Part shown: positions 11,707-24,031 of the stretch, piece by piece
Numbering within the stretch: the first letter of the stretch is position 1
How the letters are laid out: the number at the start of each line of letters is the position of its first letter
Origin: Takakia lepidozioides
Taxonomy: Eukaryota > Plantae > Bryophyta
Direction of reading: 5' to 3'
Assembly (NCBI GenBank): GCA_030704615.1
Contig: CM060732.1
Coordinates: forward strand, 70,556,001-70,620,000
Length of the DNA: 64,000 nt
Notes under the pieces: model-generated
Told to the model about the DNA's origin: nothing
What the model saw: only the letters and a program-made list of their open reading frames with translations
Databases searched by the model: none
Program-made: the position numbers and the translations under genes

Positions 11707-14700
11707 TGCTGCGCCATCCGGGTGGATACGAGAGCACGCTGTGGTGAGTGCTGCGCCCTATGCAAGCTGGACATAGGCGGTCCTCCCGTTGCAGGTTTTC
11801 CCATCTGCCAGTCTCTATCCGTAGGTTGTGGGAACCCACCCTGAACCGCCCCAATGCCCTCAGGAGGGAAGGAGATAAGGATGCTGAAAGGTAATTTGGT
11901 CTCAAGATTCTATCATCGCGGAGCACCAAGAATGTCTCTCGATAGAAGTGGAGCTTTGTCGTGAGATTGGGTAGCTTCCAAGTTCTCTTGACATGTAATT
12001 CCATAAGCTCTCTCCTAATGAGTCTGTTGCGGTCATGTTTGGATGTGATGTCCACCTCATCTGGATTCATTGGTAATAGGAAAGCAGTAGAAAGTCCGTT
12101 ACGTTGAAATAAACTGTCCACTCGAGCATACCAGGAGTTCCTGAAACCTGCAGCTTTGAGCCTCATAGATGTTGTGAGGGCCCTTACCACGAGCCCCTTG
12201 GGTGGAAGGGCCTATAATCTATGGAGAAAGATTGTAAGCCGGAAGAGGGCCTCGGATTGCAATGGTACACATGCGAACTCTGCACCTAGGATCTGAGATG
12301 GAGTTGTGCTCCTGGCGCCAAGCATTGCTTGGAGAAAAGATGACTGTAATGGTTCCAAATTCTTTTCCCACCAGGAGACAGGGACACCAGGTGCCCAGAA
12401 CTCACAACCATAGATGGTAGCAGGGCTGACGACCGTGTCAAACAGCCACTTTTTGGTTGGGGGATGACGCAGATGTATTTGCTTGCATTTGGCCTGAAGG
12501 CGGACGGAGGCTGCCTTACCTTTAGTCAATCTGTCCAAGGCAGTGGCTGCAAAGTGAAACTTGGGGGAGTGGATAACTAGACCCAGGTACCGGTATGATT
12601 TCACAATCTCAATTTCCTGCTGGTTGAAGATGAATTTACGATCAGCCTGGCCATTGAAGACCATGATCTTGGTCTTGCTAAGATTGACTTGCATCCCATA
12701 GTCTTTGCAGATCTGTTCCAAAATTTTGAGATGGCGTTGCAGGAAGACCGGGGATTGTGCCAAAAGGGCAACATCATCAGCGTAGAGGAGATCTGATTTT
12801 GTTGATCCCCCATCCAATGGTACCCCAACCCCATGATTTTTTGATATGTAATTCTCCAAGGCATCAATGTAGATCCTGAACAGGGTAGGTGAAAGGGGGC
12901 AGCCCTGTTTGACTCCAATGTTGTTGTGGACCTCGGCTGAGAATTCACGAGCGATGTTGACCATGCTAGTGACAATCTCATACATAGAAGAGATGGCACA
13001 AAGGATGTCTGGAGGGACTTCCACTCTATGGAGCCGTTGGAAGAGAAGGTCCCGAAGAACTGAATCAAAGGCTTTGTGAAAGTCCACGAATCAAACATAG
13101 ACCATTCTTTTGTCATAGCGTGCACTTTCCACCATAACCTGAAGAGTGAAGATGTGGTCAATAGTGGATCTGTTGCGATGGAAACCAGCCTATCCCTCAG
13201 CACGAATGCGAGAGGACTCAGCCCAATCATCCAGTTCCATGGCCACTACTGCCCCAAACAGTTTAGCAAGTACGAGGACACCATGATAGTACGATAGTTG
13301 GTCGGTGCGAGCCTGTCACCGCTCTTGAAAAGTGGGTGGATGATGCTCTTTGTCCACTCTGTTGGAAAGCCCCGTTGTACTACCTCATTGAAGAGGTTAG
13401 CTATAAAAGGGGCTAAAGTAGGTGCAACTTGCTTGATGAATTCACTCTGAAGTCCTGAAATGTCCACTGCTCTGCCATTTTGGAGCTTCTTGATTGCCTT
13501 ACTGACATTGGCCGTAGTAAAGAGAGAGAAGTGAAGGGGTTTAGAGGTTATAGGAGAGGGAGTTTGGGTTGGGGAATGATACAAAGACTGTGCATACTCA
13601 TGCTAGACGTGAATGTCAGTGATTGGGGGAGGGTCTCTATGAGGTTTAAGGAGGGACCAACAAGAACGAGGAGAAAATCTGATTTTAGCAAGGAAAGAAG
13701 ATTGCAACTTGATAGTGTAGGCTCTTTTTTGGATCTAATGAGGGACTTATAGTGCTTAAGAGCAAGATTAGTGGACTCTGGAGATGAATTGGTATCTAGT
13801 AGTAAAGATTTGATGTGACGTCTAGCAGTCTTGCATTCCTCGTCATAAAATGGTGCATAACGACGAGTGAAGAAGGGTGGGGAGGTAGATGGAAGGGTGA
13901 TGGGAAAGGATCGCAGGGCTGAGTCCCAAAGGGCTTGAGTAAGATATGTTGCCTTGTCGTTAGGAGATGGTAGATGTAGAATGGAGGGGAGGGTTGACGC
14001 TAGGTATGTTTCATACTCGGCGTCGTGTAAGTGAGAGAAATGTGTATTGAAGTGGATACGTGGGTGTAAGGGAAGAGAAGCAGAGGGGTCCTTCACGGGG
14101 AGGGAGATGGAAGGAAATGCAAAGGAAAGGCAAGAGTGATCAAAATCCGGGTACCTCGTGATGTAAAAGGAGCTTATTCTATCAGACTTGTTGGGGCTCC
14201 CCAAGAGACAGTCAACCACGCTCTGGCCCTTGTACGTGTGGCAAGTGAACTGGCTGGAGGATTTGAAGTTGGTTGTTCCATTGTAAATGGCAAGCCCCTG
14301 AGTTTCAGAAACTTGAGTAGATGGTGACCGTAGCTTGTGATTTTGCAAGAGGAATCTGCACTTTGCCTCTCCAATTCCGTATGCGAGCGTTGGATGTGTA
14401 GAGGATCCGTGTGGTCGAAGGTGGGGGCCTGTAGTGATCATGTACGGGCGTTGAAATCTCCAACCAAGAAAATGTCCGTGTGTGGGGTACGGAGACGGGC
14501 CATATCGTCTTCCAATGGAACAAATGGTGAATCTGTTCGAATATGTAGGCCACTGTGTGGAGATGCAGCTGGAGCAAAATAACATCCCGCCAGTAGGATG
14601 TTGTAGCCTTTAATGTGACACCAAATGTACCTTGCCAGTGGGTCTTTGTATGGGAAGGAGATAAATGGGAGAAGCCAGTCGGCAAAGTAACAAGCCACAC

Positions 14701-16130
14701 CTCCAGATCCTTTGAGACCTGTACATGGACGAATCACTGACTGAACGCTATAACCGAGAATAAAAAAGGGGTCATTTCCTTCGTACGCATGTGTTTCCAA
14801 AAGAAAAAGAACATCACACTTGGAAAGAATATCTAGAAGCCCTTGGGGGTGGCTCCACAACGAGCTATTACAGTTCCATGAGCCAATGTGTAGATGTGAG
14901 CGTGCATTGGTCTCATGGTGCCCCAAGGGCCTATTTAGAGCTAGAGGGGTGATGCTCATGCTCCCGGACAATTACCCTCCCCTTTCGGTACACGGCATAA
15001 TGCCCCTGAGCTCGAGCTTGCTTAACCTACAAGAGTTGCGCCCGCATGGCGTTGTATTGCAAAGGGGTCAAGTCATCGTTGAGGTACATACCTTGACCTC
15101 TCAATTGAGGCCTCTGCCTGAGGACTTTATCCCGAGCACCCTTGTCCTTGAATCTAATGAAGAGGACTTTGTGCTCTGAAGATCCTGCACGCCAAGCCCT
15201 CGCTCCCCGTGGTAGAGCAAGGTTTTGCTGAATAAGGTTGGTGGCAGCGTCAAGAGGGTCCCCCTCAGCAAGGCTCCCTAGCTTCCCAGTGACCCTGATG
15301 TTAAGGGCTTTGAAAGCCCGTTGTTGTTCCTCTCGCAAGGTAGCCGAGAGTGTCTCCTCTAGAGAGTGAGGACTGTTGTTGGATTTGCTCCCCTTAACTG
15401 AGGCCTCTGCCTTGTGAGCTTGGAGCTCCCGAGCCATTGTAGACGTCGCAGTTCTGTGTGTTTCCAGCTCTTTGCTAAGGGATTCCACCTGCAGGTGGAT
15501 GCTTGCCGTGAGGGGATCTGGGAGGCTCTTCTCTACGAAGGTCTTCACTTCGCCTTCAAGTTTTGAAAGACGCGTATGTGTGGATTTGTCATTGAGATGT
15601 TTCGACAGACCTTGAAGTTTGCTATTGCACTCTTGAAGAGAGGCCCGCAAAGCGTTGTCCTGAACTTGCATATTGTCCAGCAATTTCTCCAGGTCTGTGT
15701 CTCTGTCATGCGCTTCTGCCAATCTTTGTCCAAAGAAGCCATGCGCTTCTCCCAGTCTTTGTTAAGGGAAGCCATCCGCGTCTCCCAGTCTTTGCCAACC
15801 GCTCCTCCGAGTCATTGTCTCGAGCAGCGAGCACTTGCTACAGAGTCTCCTCCGAGATGCATTTCATTTGTAAGATGGTGATTTGGTCCTGAAGCGTTTG
15901 AACATCAGCACTCCTTGTGGAGTACTGACACAAAGGAGAGGCATGTTGAGAGACAGGGGCAGGAAGAAGATGGAGAGGGGAATGAGGTCGGGGTGAGGGA
16001 GACGGGGAGTCTGCCTCCTCGCCAACCGTCCTTTGGCGTTTGGAGGATGTCATGGTGTGGTGGAGGCGGCGCTAGCGCGCCGACGCGCAAGCGTCAACGT
16101 GCTACTGCGCGCGAGAGAGGAAAATGAGAG
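11707..16130 (-). mobile_element. Near full-length degenerate LINE (ORF1 coiled coil, APE, RT, C-terminal Cys motif), 3' truncated
   Basis: ORF1 is 15027-15722 plus upstream frames. APE motifs IGSWNCNS, FLLETH and VGDFNART. RT motifs NYRTIMV, DFHKAFDSV, GVKQGCPLSPTLF, LLYADD and YRYLG. C-terminal RFRVGSHNLRIETGRW..RLCPAC is cut at 11707. Pyrimidine-rich 5' leader. Multiple frameshifts. Confidence 0.9.
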
Positions 16131-17169
16131 AGGAAGAGAGTAAAGAACATACCTGGTAGTGGAGGTAGTGAAGAAAGAGAGAGAGAGTAAAGAAAGCAAG
16201 AAACTTTATAACATTTTCAGTGGGCTATGGATCCCTTCCTTTGTTAGAGTCTAGTACATGGTTTTATGAATCAAGACGGAGTGCACGATGTTTTTGCCAG
16301 ATCCACTTCTTGAAAAGATTCTTCCATGCAAATTATGTCGAATCTTACGACCCATCATGTCTTTCAAGGAAAACATTTCCAAGCTTTGAAGTCGCTTGGA
16401 AGTTCGTCGGACACTTGGTCATCTTCCCCTGCCTTCCAGGACCAAGATACGCAAATATCTGGACACGTAAAATATCTGAAGCACATGCACGATATCGAAC
16501 CTAACTTACTAATTCCACATCTTGGAATAGTAAACTCTGAAAAACTTGGATCTATCCTGCGATGCAGCATTTGCAGCGCGCGTGCAGGCTCTACTGCGGT
16601 CCCTTAAAAGTTCCACCACAGATAGGTCCGGGACAGGTCTCTTAAGGGAATCTCTAAAACTCGTGCCACTCCGTCCAACAAAACACGTCTTCCCTGACGA
16701 TCACCATAACCTAAACCCACAGCAGTACCATCATCTTTGGCATCCTTACTCTGATCACTGTGGAAGATCAGCTCTTCTGGACCTTCTCTTCCGCAACACC
16801 ACGATCGGAGAATTGTTCACGGGGCTTCCGAAGAGGAAGAAGACTCATCAGCTCCAGCTGCCATTCATCTTCTTCCAAGCTGCTTCTTGCTGTCGGCAAG
16901 CTGCAAACAAGGCAGAGACTCACTCACATGCAGAGAAAAGGGACATGGAAAGTAAAGAGGAATCAAGCACACTACCGTAGTTCATTTTGGCTCTCTGGAT
17001 GAAATGTTGGATGGATGCCAACATGTCCAAATGGATGAATTCTCGCCTTTATAACTAGGTAGTAACGTATTATAATTAAAATATACCATATAATCAGAAG
17101 TTTATTTTTTATTTTTTAAAGTAAAACATTTATTCATTTAAACATTTATAGAAGGTCCAATCACACTAG

Positions 17170-17390
17170 CAAAAAGAGGATTTTTGATCCAGGAGATCTG
17201 GTATTATTGTTCGACAGTCGGAACGAGGAATTCAAGGCCAAGTTCGACTCATACTGGATGGGCCCTATCTTGTCAAGACATTCTTTGACAACGGCTCATT
17301 ACATTGGAGACACTGAGGGGAGTGAAGTTCCCCAATCTGGTGAACGGTGTCCGGTGCAAGCACTACTACATGTGAGTTCTTTTAACCAAT
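17170..17390 (+). mobile_element. Ty3/gypsy integrase C-terminal fragment
   Basis: GDLVLLFDSR..KFDSYWMGP..FDNGS..VNGVRCKHY (frameshifted) resembles the GPY/F-module end of the integrase. Confidence 0.6.
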
Positions 17391-17416
17391 GAGGTTTTTT
17401 CCCCATTAAGAGAAAG

Positions 17417-18650
17417 GTGCTAAGGGAGATCTTAGTGGCCTTTGCCCTGTCGAGAGAAATCTTTAGGATTTCTACCCAGTTTCTGGACAGTGGGGATCAT
17501 CAACAAGGAGGACACTTGTGCAGCCAACAGCAGTTGAGAATGCTTCAGAAATGGCTGAGAAATTGTTGGCTGGCAGCCCTCTTTGTCACTGAAACGTCCA
17601 GCCAAATCTTCAAAGGTTATCCATTCCATGTTGACACTCAAGACTTGCCTTTCAAGAACACCAACCCATCTCCTTCCCACGCTTCACCAACACCCACATA
17701 AGAATATACTGGTGGTCATCGCCTTCCAAGGAAATGAACAAGCCCTCCCTTTGCTCAATACTACTCTACCCTGCTGGCTAGCAACACAAACCTTTATCTG
17801 GATCTCCGGAAGACCACTAGCCGACTTACAGATGGACCGCAAGGAATGGCAGTGGAGCTTTCATCCTCCCCATCACCATTCTTTGCCTTTAATACAAAAA
17901 GGCCTCCTCTAGCCTCTCAAAGCATCAATCCTATCACAATAAGTGGAACAACAGGTGGAGCCATTTCAACTTCCAAGAAGAGAACTGGAATTCCATATGG
18001 GGCACAATCTGTAACAAAACAAGACCAGCAGAGATAGGCGCAGCCTTTCTGTGGCAGATAGCAAACAGGGTTTTGAAAGTAGGTGAATGGTTGAACTTCA
18101 ACAATGCCCTTCTCTGCAGATGTTGTCCGACAGTCGTAATGGAGACTCTGGAGCATTGCGTGCTCCACTATCATGCACCCTCAAGAATGTGGCCCTTGGT
18201 TACCTCTTTCTATCGAACATGGAATGAGATACATCTCTCTCATCTGATCATACTATTTATAAACTATGACCAGAACACAAAGACAAAGGTTCTCCACTAC
18301 CCGGTCTTCGATACCCTCAGAAGTTCCACCCTCTGGCACTTATGAAAAGCAAGATGCGATAAAACTAGGCTTTGCAAAAACATGCCCGATATCCTCTCTC
18401 ATATTCCATATTTACCACCACTTGCAAATTGAAGCCAGGAAAGCTTGGAAAAAACTGTGTGCAAATATCGAAAGAGATCAACGCCAAGCAGGCCAGCTCC
18501 ATGCTACCTTCGCATCGACTTGGGGGCGTGAAGGTATCATTTGCTTCAGCTCCTCCCCAGACCACTGTGTATGGAACAAGTTGCCCCCGAGGAGCTGGAG
18601 GGACATCAGTGGCACCGTCCACCGTCCACCGCTCGCCGGAGTTTGACAGA
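17417..18650 (+). mobile_element. L1-like LINE ORF2 C-terminal fragment (zf-RVT region), degenerate
   Basis: LKVGEWL..LCRCCPTVVMETLEHC, and EARKAWKKL..FASTWG..W..LPP. Similar to the C-terminus of the LINE at 38540-40900. Confidence 0.65.
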
Positions 18651-18927
18651 GACGTCAATTGGAAAAACATCAAACAATCATCAAAGGCCTCCAAGCTCAA
18701 CTTCCGCTAATCATGTTCAATGATCAGGATTACATCATAAGTATGCATCATAGGCTATAAGTCGCTTCAGAAGCACGCAGGCTTAGCTTAGAAGCACCTT
18801 GACGAGTAACTCACCCCTTGGAATGCTTGTATTCAAAGGCCCATGACTTCTTAGTTCGTGTCTTACTCATGCTGAGTAGAATGGTTCCCCCCTTCACTGA
18901 CTACTGTGTGTGCCTTATGGTGTAAAC

Positions 18928-19390
18928 TAGTGTTGGACCGGTATCAAGTTTTTTACATACCAGTTTGGTCCTAGTACTAGGCGTATCACAAAGTTTTCAT
19001 ACCAATCTGGTCTATATAATGGTGGATGTATATTTGTCCAAATACTGGTATGAGTATGAATATCATGACCACAATACCAGCTGGTATGAGGTATCAACTC
19101 TGGTATCATCCTTTATGTGTATTGTATTTATTTTCACTTGATATTTGCTATTTGATAAACTTGTAATTCAAGATGGCTTTAGAAGTAAATATACATAAAT
19201 ACAAATGTATAGACAAATGTACACATATATAATATGGTACACATACCAAAGTAAATGAGGTAGACTGCGGGGGAGTACTGGTATTGTGGCTGGTATGAAA
19301 AAACTGATACCAGCCTGGTCTGGTATCTAATACCAGTGCATATACCAGTACTTTATACCAGTCCCTCACCTATATATCAGTCTAACACTG
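18928..19390. mobile_element. hAT-family MITE, 463 bp, with 8-bp TSD
   Basis: Imperfect TIRs TAGTGTTGGACCGGTAT and ATATCAGTCTAACACTG. Exact TSD GTGTAAAC at 18920-18927 and 19391-19398. Many ATACCAG/CTGGTAT subterminal motifs. A related fragment lies at about 61590-61645. Confidence 0.9.
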
Positions 19391-19475
19391 GTGTAAACAG
19401 AGGCTTTAATTTTTTCCCTCCAATAATTGCACTAAATTTCCCATAGCACTGTCCCCTGTTATATATATATATATT

Positions 19476-20890
19476 AAGGGTAGCCTGTGCCGTTGGCCCA
19501 AGTGTCCAGTGTCATCTAGGTCCAAGTGTAATCCCCTATGTATCTAGAGACCCTCATGTTTGGGAGATCTAGGCCTAGGGTAGCCTGTGCCATTGGCCCA
19601 TGTGTGAAGAATTGAAATCTGAGCCGAAGTGCAATCTCCTATGTATCCAAGTGTTTCTCCCATGTAGAGGCCCAAGTGCGACCTCGAGTGTCCAATATTG
19701 TCATCTAAGTCCAAATGCAATCCCTTATGTATCCAGAGACCCTCATGTTTGGGAGATCTAGGCCTAGGATAGCCTGTACCATTGGCACATGTGTGAAGAA
19801 TTGAAATGTAAGCCCAAGTGCAATCTCGTATGTATCCAAGTGCGTCTCCTATGTAGAGGCCCAAGTGCGGCCTCCAATGTCCACTGTCATCTAAGTCCAA
19901 GTGCAATCCCCTATGCATCCGGAGACCATTGCAGTTTGGGAGATCTCCACGTCATTGTTCCAACAAAGCCCACTTTGCTATTTTTGCAATCTCCCCTGTC
20001 GAGGCTTAATATATTGATATATCCACTTTGCTATTTTTTCGCAAATTTTCAGCAACCAAAAGTACTTGAAATTCCAAATCTCCCACGTGAAGGGCCAATC
20101 ACTGGTCCAGGAAAGCCCACTTTGTTATTTTTTTGCGAATTTTCAGCGACCAAAAGTACTTGAAATTCGACATCTCCCACACCGCATATCCAAAAATCAT
20201 GAAGCCAGGCCGGTGCACCCCTCCTCGTCGAGGGATTTCCAATGGCACCAAGAATCGGGGTTGAGGCCTTGCGGTTCAGGACATCTCAACGTGACAAAAC
20301 AAACAAACAAATTGGCTTGCTTCATATGGCTTGCTATTCTTCGTGAAATTCCATATCCCCCACACCGCAAGTTCAAAAATCATGAGACCAAGCCTGTGCA
20401 CCCCTCCTCGTCGAGGGCTTTCCAATGGTACCAAGCACCAGGGCTGGGCCCGCGGTTTGGGACATCTCAACGTGACAAAACAAAACAAAACAAACAAACT
20501 GTAGCCTGTGTGGTTGGCCCAAGTGTCCAATGTCATCTGAGTCCAAGTGCATCAATATATGAAGCAAGCCATATCTAATCATTTTTTTTCCACAGAGCCT
20601 ATGACCAGATTTCAACGAGAGACCTTTCCCTTCATATCTCTCATGTTGAGGCTCCAACCATTGTCCCATGAATGCCCACTTTGCTACTTTTCAGGAACTT
20701 CCAGACCAAAAGTACTTGAAATTCCACATCTCCCACACCGCAGGTCCAAAAAGCATGAGACCAAGCCCGTGCACCCCTCCTCATCGAGGGCTTTCCATTC
20801 CAACGGTACGAAGCACCTGCGTTGGGGCCTTGCGGTTTGGGACATCTCAACGTGACAAAACAAAACAAAACAAACAAAACAAGCCGCCAA
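19476..20890. repeat. Composite modular repeat (about 195-bp tandem units plus a reiterated AAGTACTTGAAATTCC...GACATCTCAACGTGACAAAACAAAAC module), possibly Helitron-derived
   Basis: Tandem unit starts at about 19476/19576/19768. The module recurs at about 20060, 20155, 20345 and 20710. Dispersed relatives lie at 7841-7880, 27450-27810 and 38095-38230. It follows a (TA)n tract. Confidence 0.75.
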
Positions 20891-21002
20891 CCGCAAGAGG
20901 GTCTGTCCATTGAAGCAAAAAATTTGACAAGCTGCCACGTGGTTTAAAGAGCAATTTTAGACCAATCATACTCTTGACACGGTGTAAGGTCCATTGACCA
21001 CA

Positions 21003-22890
21003 TTTTATTTCTTTAAAATAAAAATAAAAATGAAAGGGACAGAGGCCCTTTTAATCAAATTAATTTAAACAAAGGTTCAAAAGGTGGAAAAAATAACCAC
21101 CTAGGGAGGCCGTGGAGGCTAACAGAGGGGGACCTTCCCCGTTACCCTAGCGAACCTGCTAAGAAGAAGGGGAGAGAGAGAGAGAAGGCCTTGATTTGAG
21201 TAGCAGGGTCAATAATGCCTAGCACACCTTGTATTTTCTTCTAGCACAACTGCTCCCCGGAGAGCAACGCTCTTCTCACAGGTGCTGCCGTAGTGGCACC
21301 CCATATGAAGTTACGTAAGTGGGCCTTGATTTCCTTGACCATGGACTTGTCTGGATCCCACACCGCCGCGAAGTACCAGATAGAGTTGGAAAACACTTGG
21401 TTTGCCACTAGTGCCCTTCCCACAATTGATAGCATGGCTGCAGACCAGAAAGCGAGATTTCTTTTGAATCTTGTGATCACTGCTTTCCATGTGGTTTGCT
21501 GTAACATGTTTAGGCCTATCTGGTGACCCAGCAGAGTATGAGTATGTCCTTCATGTAGCCAGTTTAAGCCCAGATTAGCTCCCCAGGCTTGACAGTGAGC
21601 AGTGCCTGCTCCATTACGTAGTAGAGACAGAATTCCCATAGATTTCCTCCAGTTGACCTTAAACCAAGAACCTAGGCAGAAAGTGTGAAGGGCTTGAAGT
21701 GCCCTGTCAACGTTGTTGCGTGTGGAGTTATCAAGGAGAAGGCAGGTGTCATCTGCGTACATGGACAACTTGAGCATTTCTGTATGCAGGGTGGGCAGTT
21801 GAAGACCGAGAATATCTTGTCTTGATTCCAGCAAATGGCCAAGTGAATCCGCAGCGATGAGAAAGAGGAACGGGGCCAACGGGCAGCCCTGCCTCACAGA
21901 TCTGGATATTGGGAAAGCCTTGGAAACCACCCCATTCACCATAACCTTGCTTGACGTTGAGTGTAGTAGAATGTGAACCCAGTCCAGGAAGGGCCCTGCC
22001 TGCCCTGTTCTTTGAAGAGCCCCCATCAGAAAACTCCAATCAATGGAATCAAAAGCCTTCTCAAAGTCAAGCATAAAAAATGCAAGCGGTTGATTGTTGA
22101 GTTCAGCTCTGTGAAGGGCCTCATGGGCCAGAAGATTGTTGTCAAGGATCATTCGGTCCTTTAGGAAATCCGTCTGCTCTTTCCTAATGATCTTTGGCAA
22201 CAGCGGTTGTAACCTCAATGCAAGGGCCTTTGCAATAATCTTGTATGTGCAATTCAACAGGGTGATAGGGCGATAATTTGCTAAGCTTCCCTGTCTCCTT
22301 TTTTGAAAATGAGGGTGATAAGTCCTTGCGACATCTGTGAGGGCATCATCTTCTTCTGCAGAATGTCAGTCGCCATCATTAGGAAGTCCTCACCAATAGT
22401 TGGCCACAATGCCTTGAACAGCTCAATCGGAAGTCCGTCTAGACTAGGCAATTTGTGAGAAGCCATGGAGTTCAATGCTTGACCTAGTTCCCTAGCGGTG
22501 AAAGAGGCTGCGAGACTGGCTTTATCCGACTGAGAGAGAGAACACGGAATGTGATGTAACAAGGTTTCAATGGCTGCCTTCCTCTGCTCTGTTGACTGCT
22601 GCCTTTCAAACAAAGTGTGAAAATATCTTTCAGCTATTGATGCCATGATTTTTGGTTTGTCAATGGTTTGACCTACTGAGTCTTTCAGAGCTAGAACCAG
22701 CATTGCGGCTCGTCTTTGCGCTGCCTTTACAAAGAAATACTTGGTCATCTTTTCCCCTTTAAGGGACCAATTCACCCCAGCCCTAGTCTTCATGAACTGC
22801 TCTTTGGCGTTTATTTGCAGTGGCTCTGGGACTGTCATGCCCCACACTTTCAGTATGGAGACATTCTGCCATGTCCCAACCTGCATTGTC
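21003..22890 (-). mobile_element. L1-like LINE, 3' half: linker, RT and 3' UTR, internally deleted
   Basis: WSLKGEKMTKYFF, NYRPITLLNCTYKI, LDFEKAFDSI, SVRQGCPLAPFLF and MYADD. The 3' UTR and A-rich end (21003-21170) are shared with 61695-61860. Confidence 0.88.
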
Positions 22891-22899
22891 ACTCTAGTG

Positions 22900-24031
22900 C
22901 TTCCTTGGGGTATGTTTCACTTTCAATTTCCAACGTCATTTGACTGTCATCAAGACACATTTTGGGCACCCTAAGAAGGTTGGGCCAACAGAAGTGTGGT
23001 GTGTACCATTGTTGGATATGAGCAAGCTTGACAGTCAAGCACATCTGTTCCAGACCATGATGAAACACAATGCTGAATGTGTAATGTTGCAAGATAAGAA
23101 GGAGTGCAACTCTTTGCGCCGTTTCTGGCTACGACTGGCAACTTTGCAACTTCTTACAAACAAGATTGGGGAATATTTCAAGTTGGCAGAGATCGCCCTG
23201 GTTCAAGTCCTTGGCTCTGTAGAAGATGAAAGATGTTTCAGTACAGTAAGCTTCATGAAGAACAAGCTCCGCAATCAACTCACGAATCATTTGAATTTGA
23301 CTGTGAGAATGTATAGTCAATCATTTTATACACTACAGGATTTTCCATACGATCAGGCCATCGCTAGCTGGAAAGAGAAGAAAATTCGCTATGACATGGA
23401 TGTGTAGGCATTGAGCAGGTTTTCCAGATAAGTTATGTGGCTTTCTACATTAGGGTATGGCCTTGATGCCTGCATCTACAGTAGTCGAACTCGACACTTA
23501 ATCAGATCATTCTACAGTTTTCCATATGCTTTAGCCTGCAATGATGCAGCCCTAGGATGTTCTCTGTTTAATTGTTGATTTGAACTTGTGCAATCGCGCA
23601 TAGAACTAGGCATATAAACATCTTTACATAGTGCCTGCAGTTGAAAATGGACATTTGAGCAATCATTTCACTTCCAGTGCTACTTGTTCCAAGCTGTCAG
23701 CAATCTGTAGCGTTACGGCACTAGTGTATTGTATGCCATAGGTGGTAACTTCTGTGAGGCCTGGGCTGTAGGAATGTACTCATTAGGAGCTTCCATAATT
23801 GTGTTGTTGATTGTTGGTTCTTTCTCTATTATTAAGCCATTCTAGACCAATGCTCGCCTGTTCAGATGGACAGATTGAAGAAGTGCCACCTATTTTCTCA
23901 ATTATAGAGGCCTTGCAGGTTGTAATTTGTGGATAAAATTGGTACCATGGTTGTGTTGTCCCCTGTTCACTCCACTTGGTCTGTTTATTGGCAGGGTTGT
24001 AAAGTCATGTGATAAAAAAAGAGGTTGGAAA
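22900..24031 (+). mobile_element. hAT-like transposase C-terminus and 3' region, copy 2
   Basis: ORF 22940-23407 (VQVLGSVEDERCFS...). Direct repeat of 10311-11368, lacking about 70 bp present in copy 1. Confidence 0.75.

Noticed and set aside
16220-17002. Protein-coding gene from overlapping short ORFs
   Set aside because: No recognisable motif or consistent splice structure in any frame.
19544-20938. Short ORFs with repeated peptides (also antisense ORFs over KASII, the LINEs and gypsy pol)
   Set aside because: These are by-products of tandem repeats or shadows of real coding frames.
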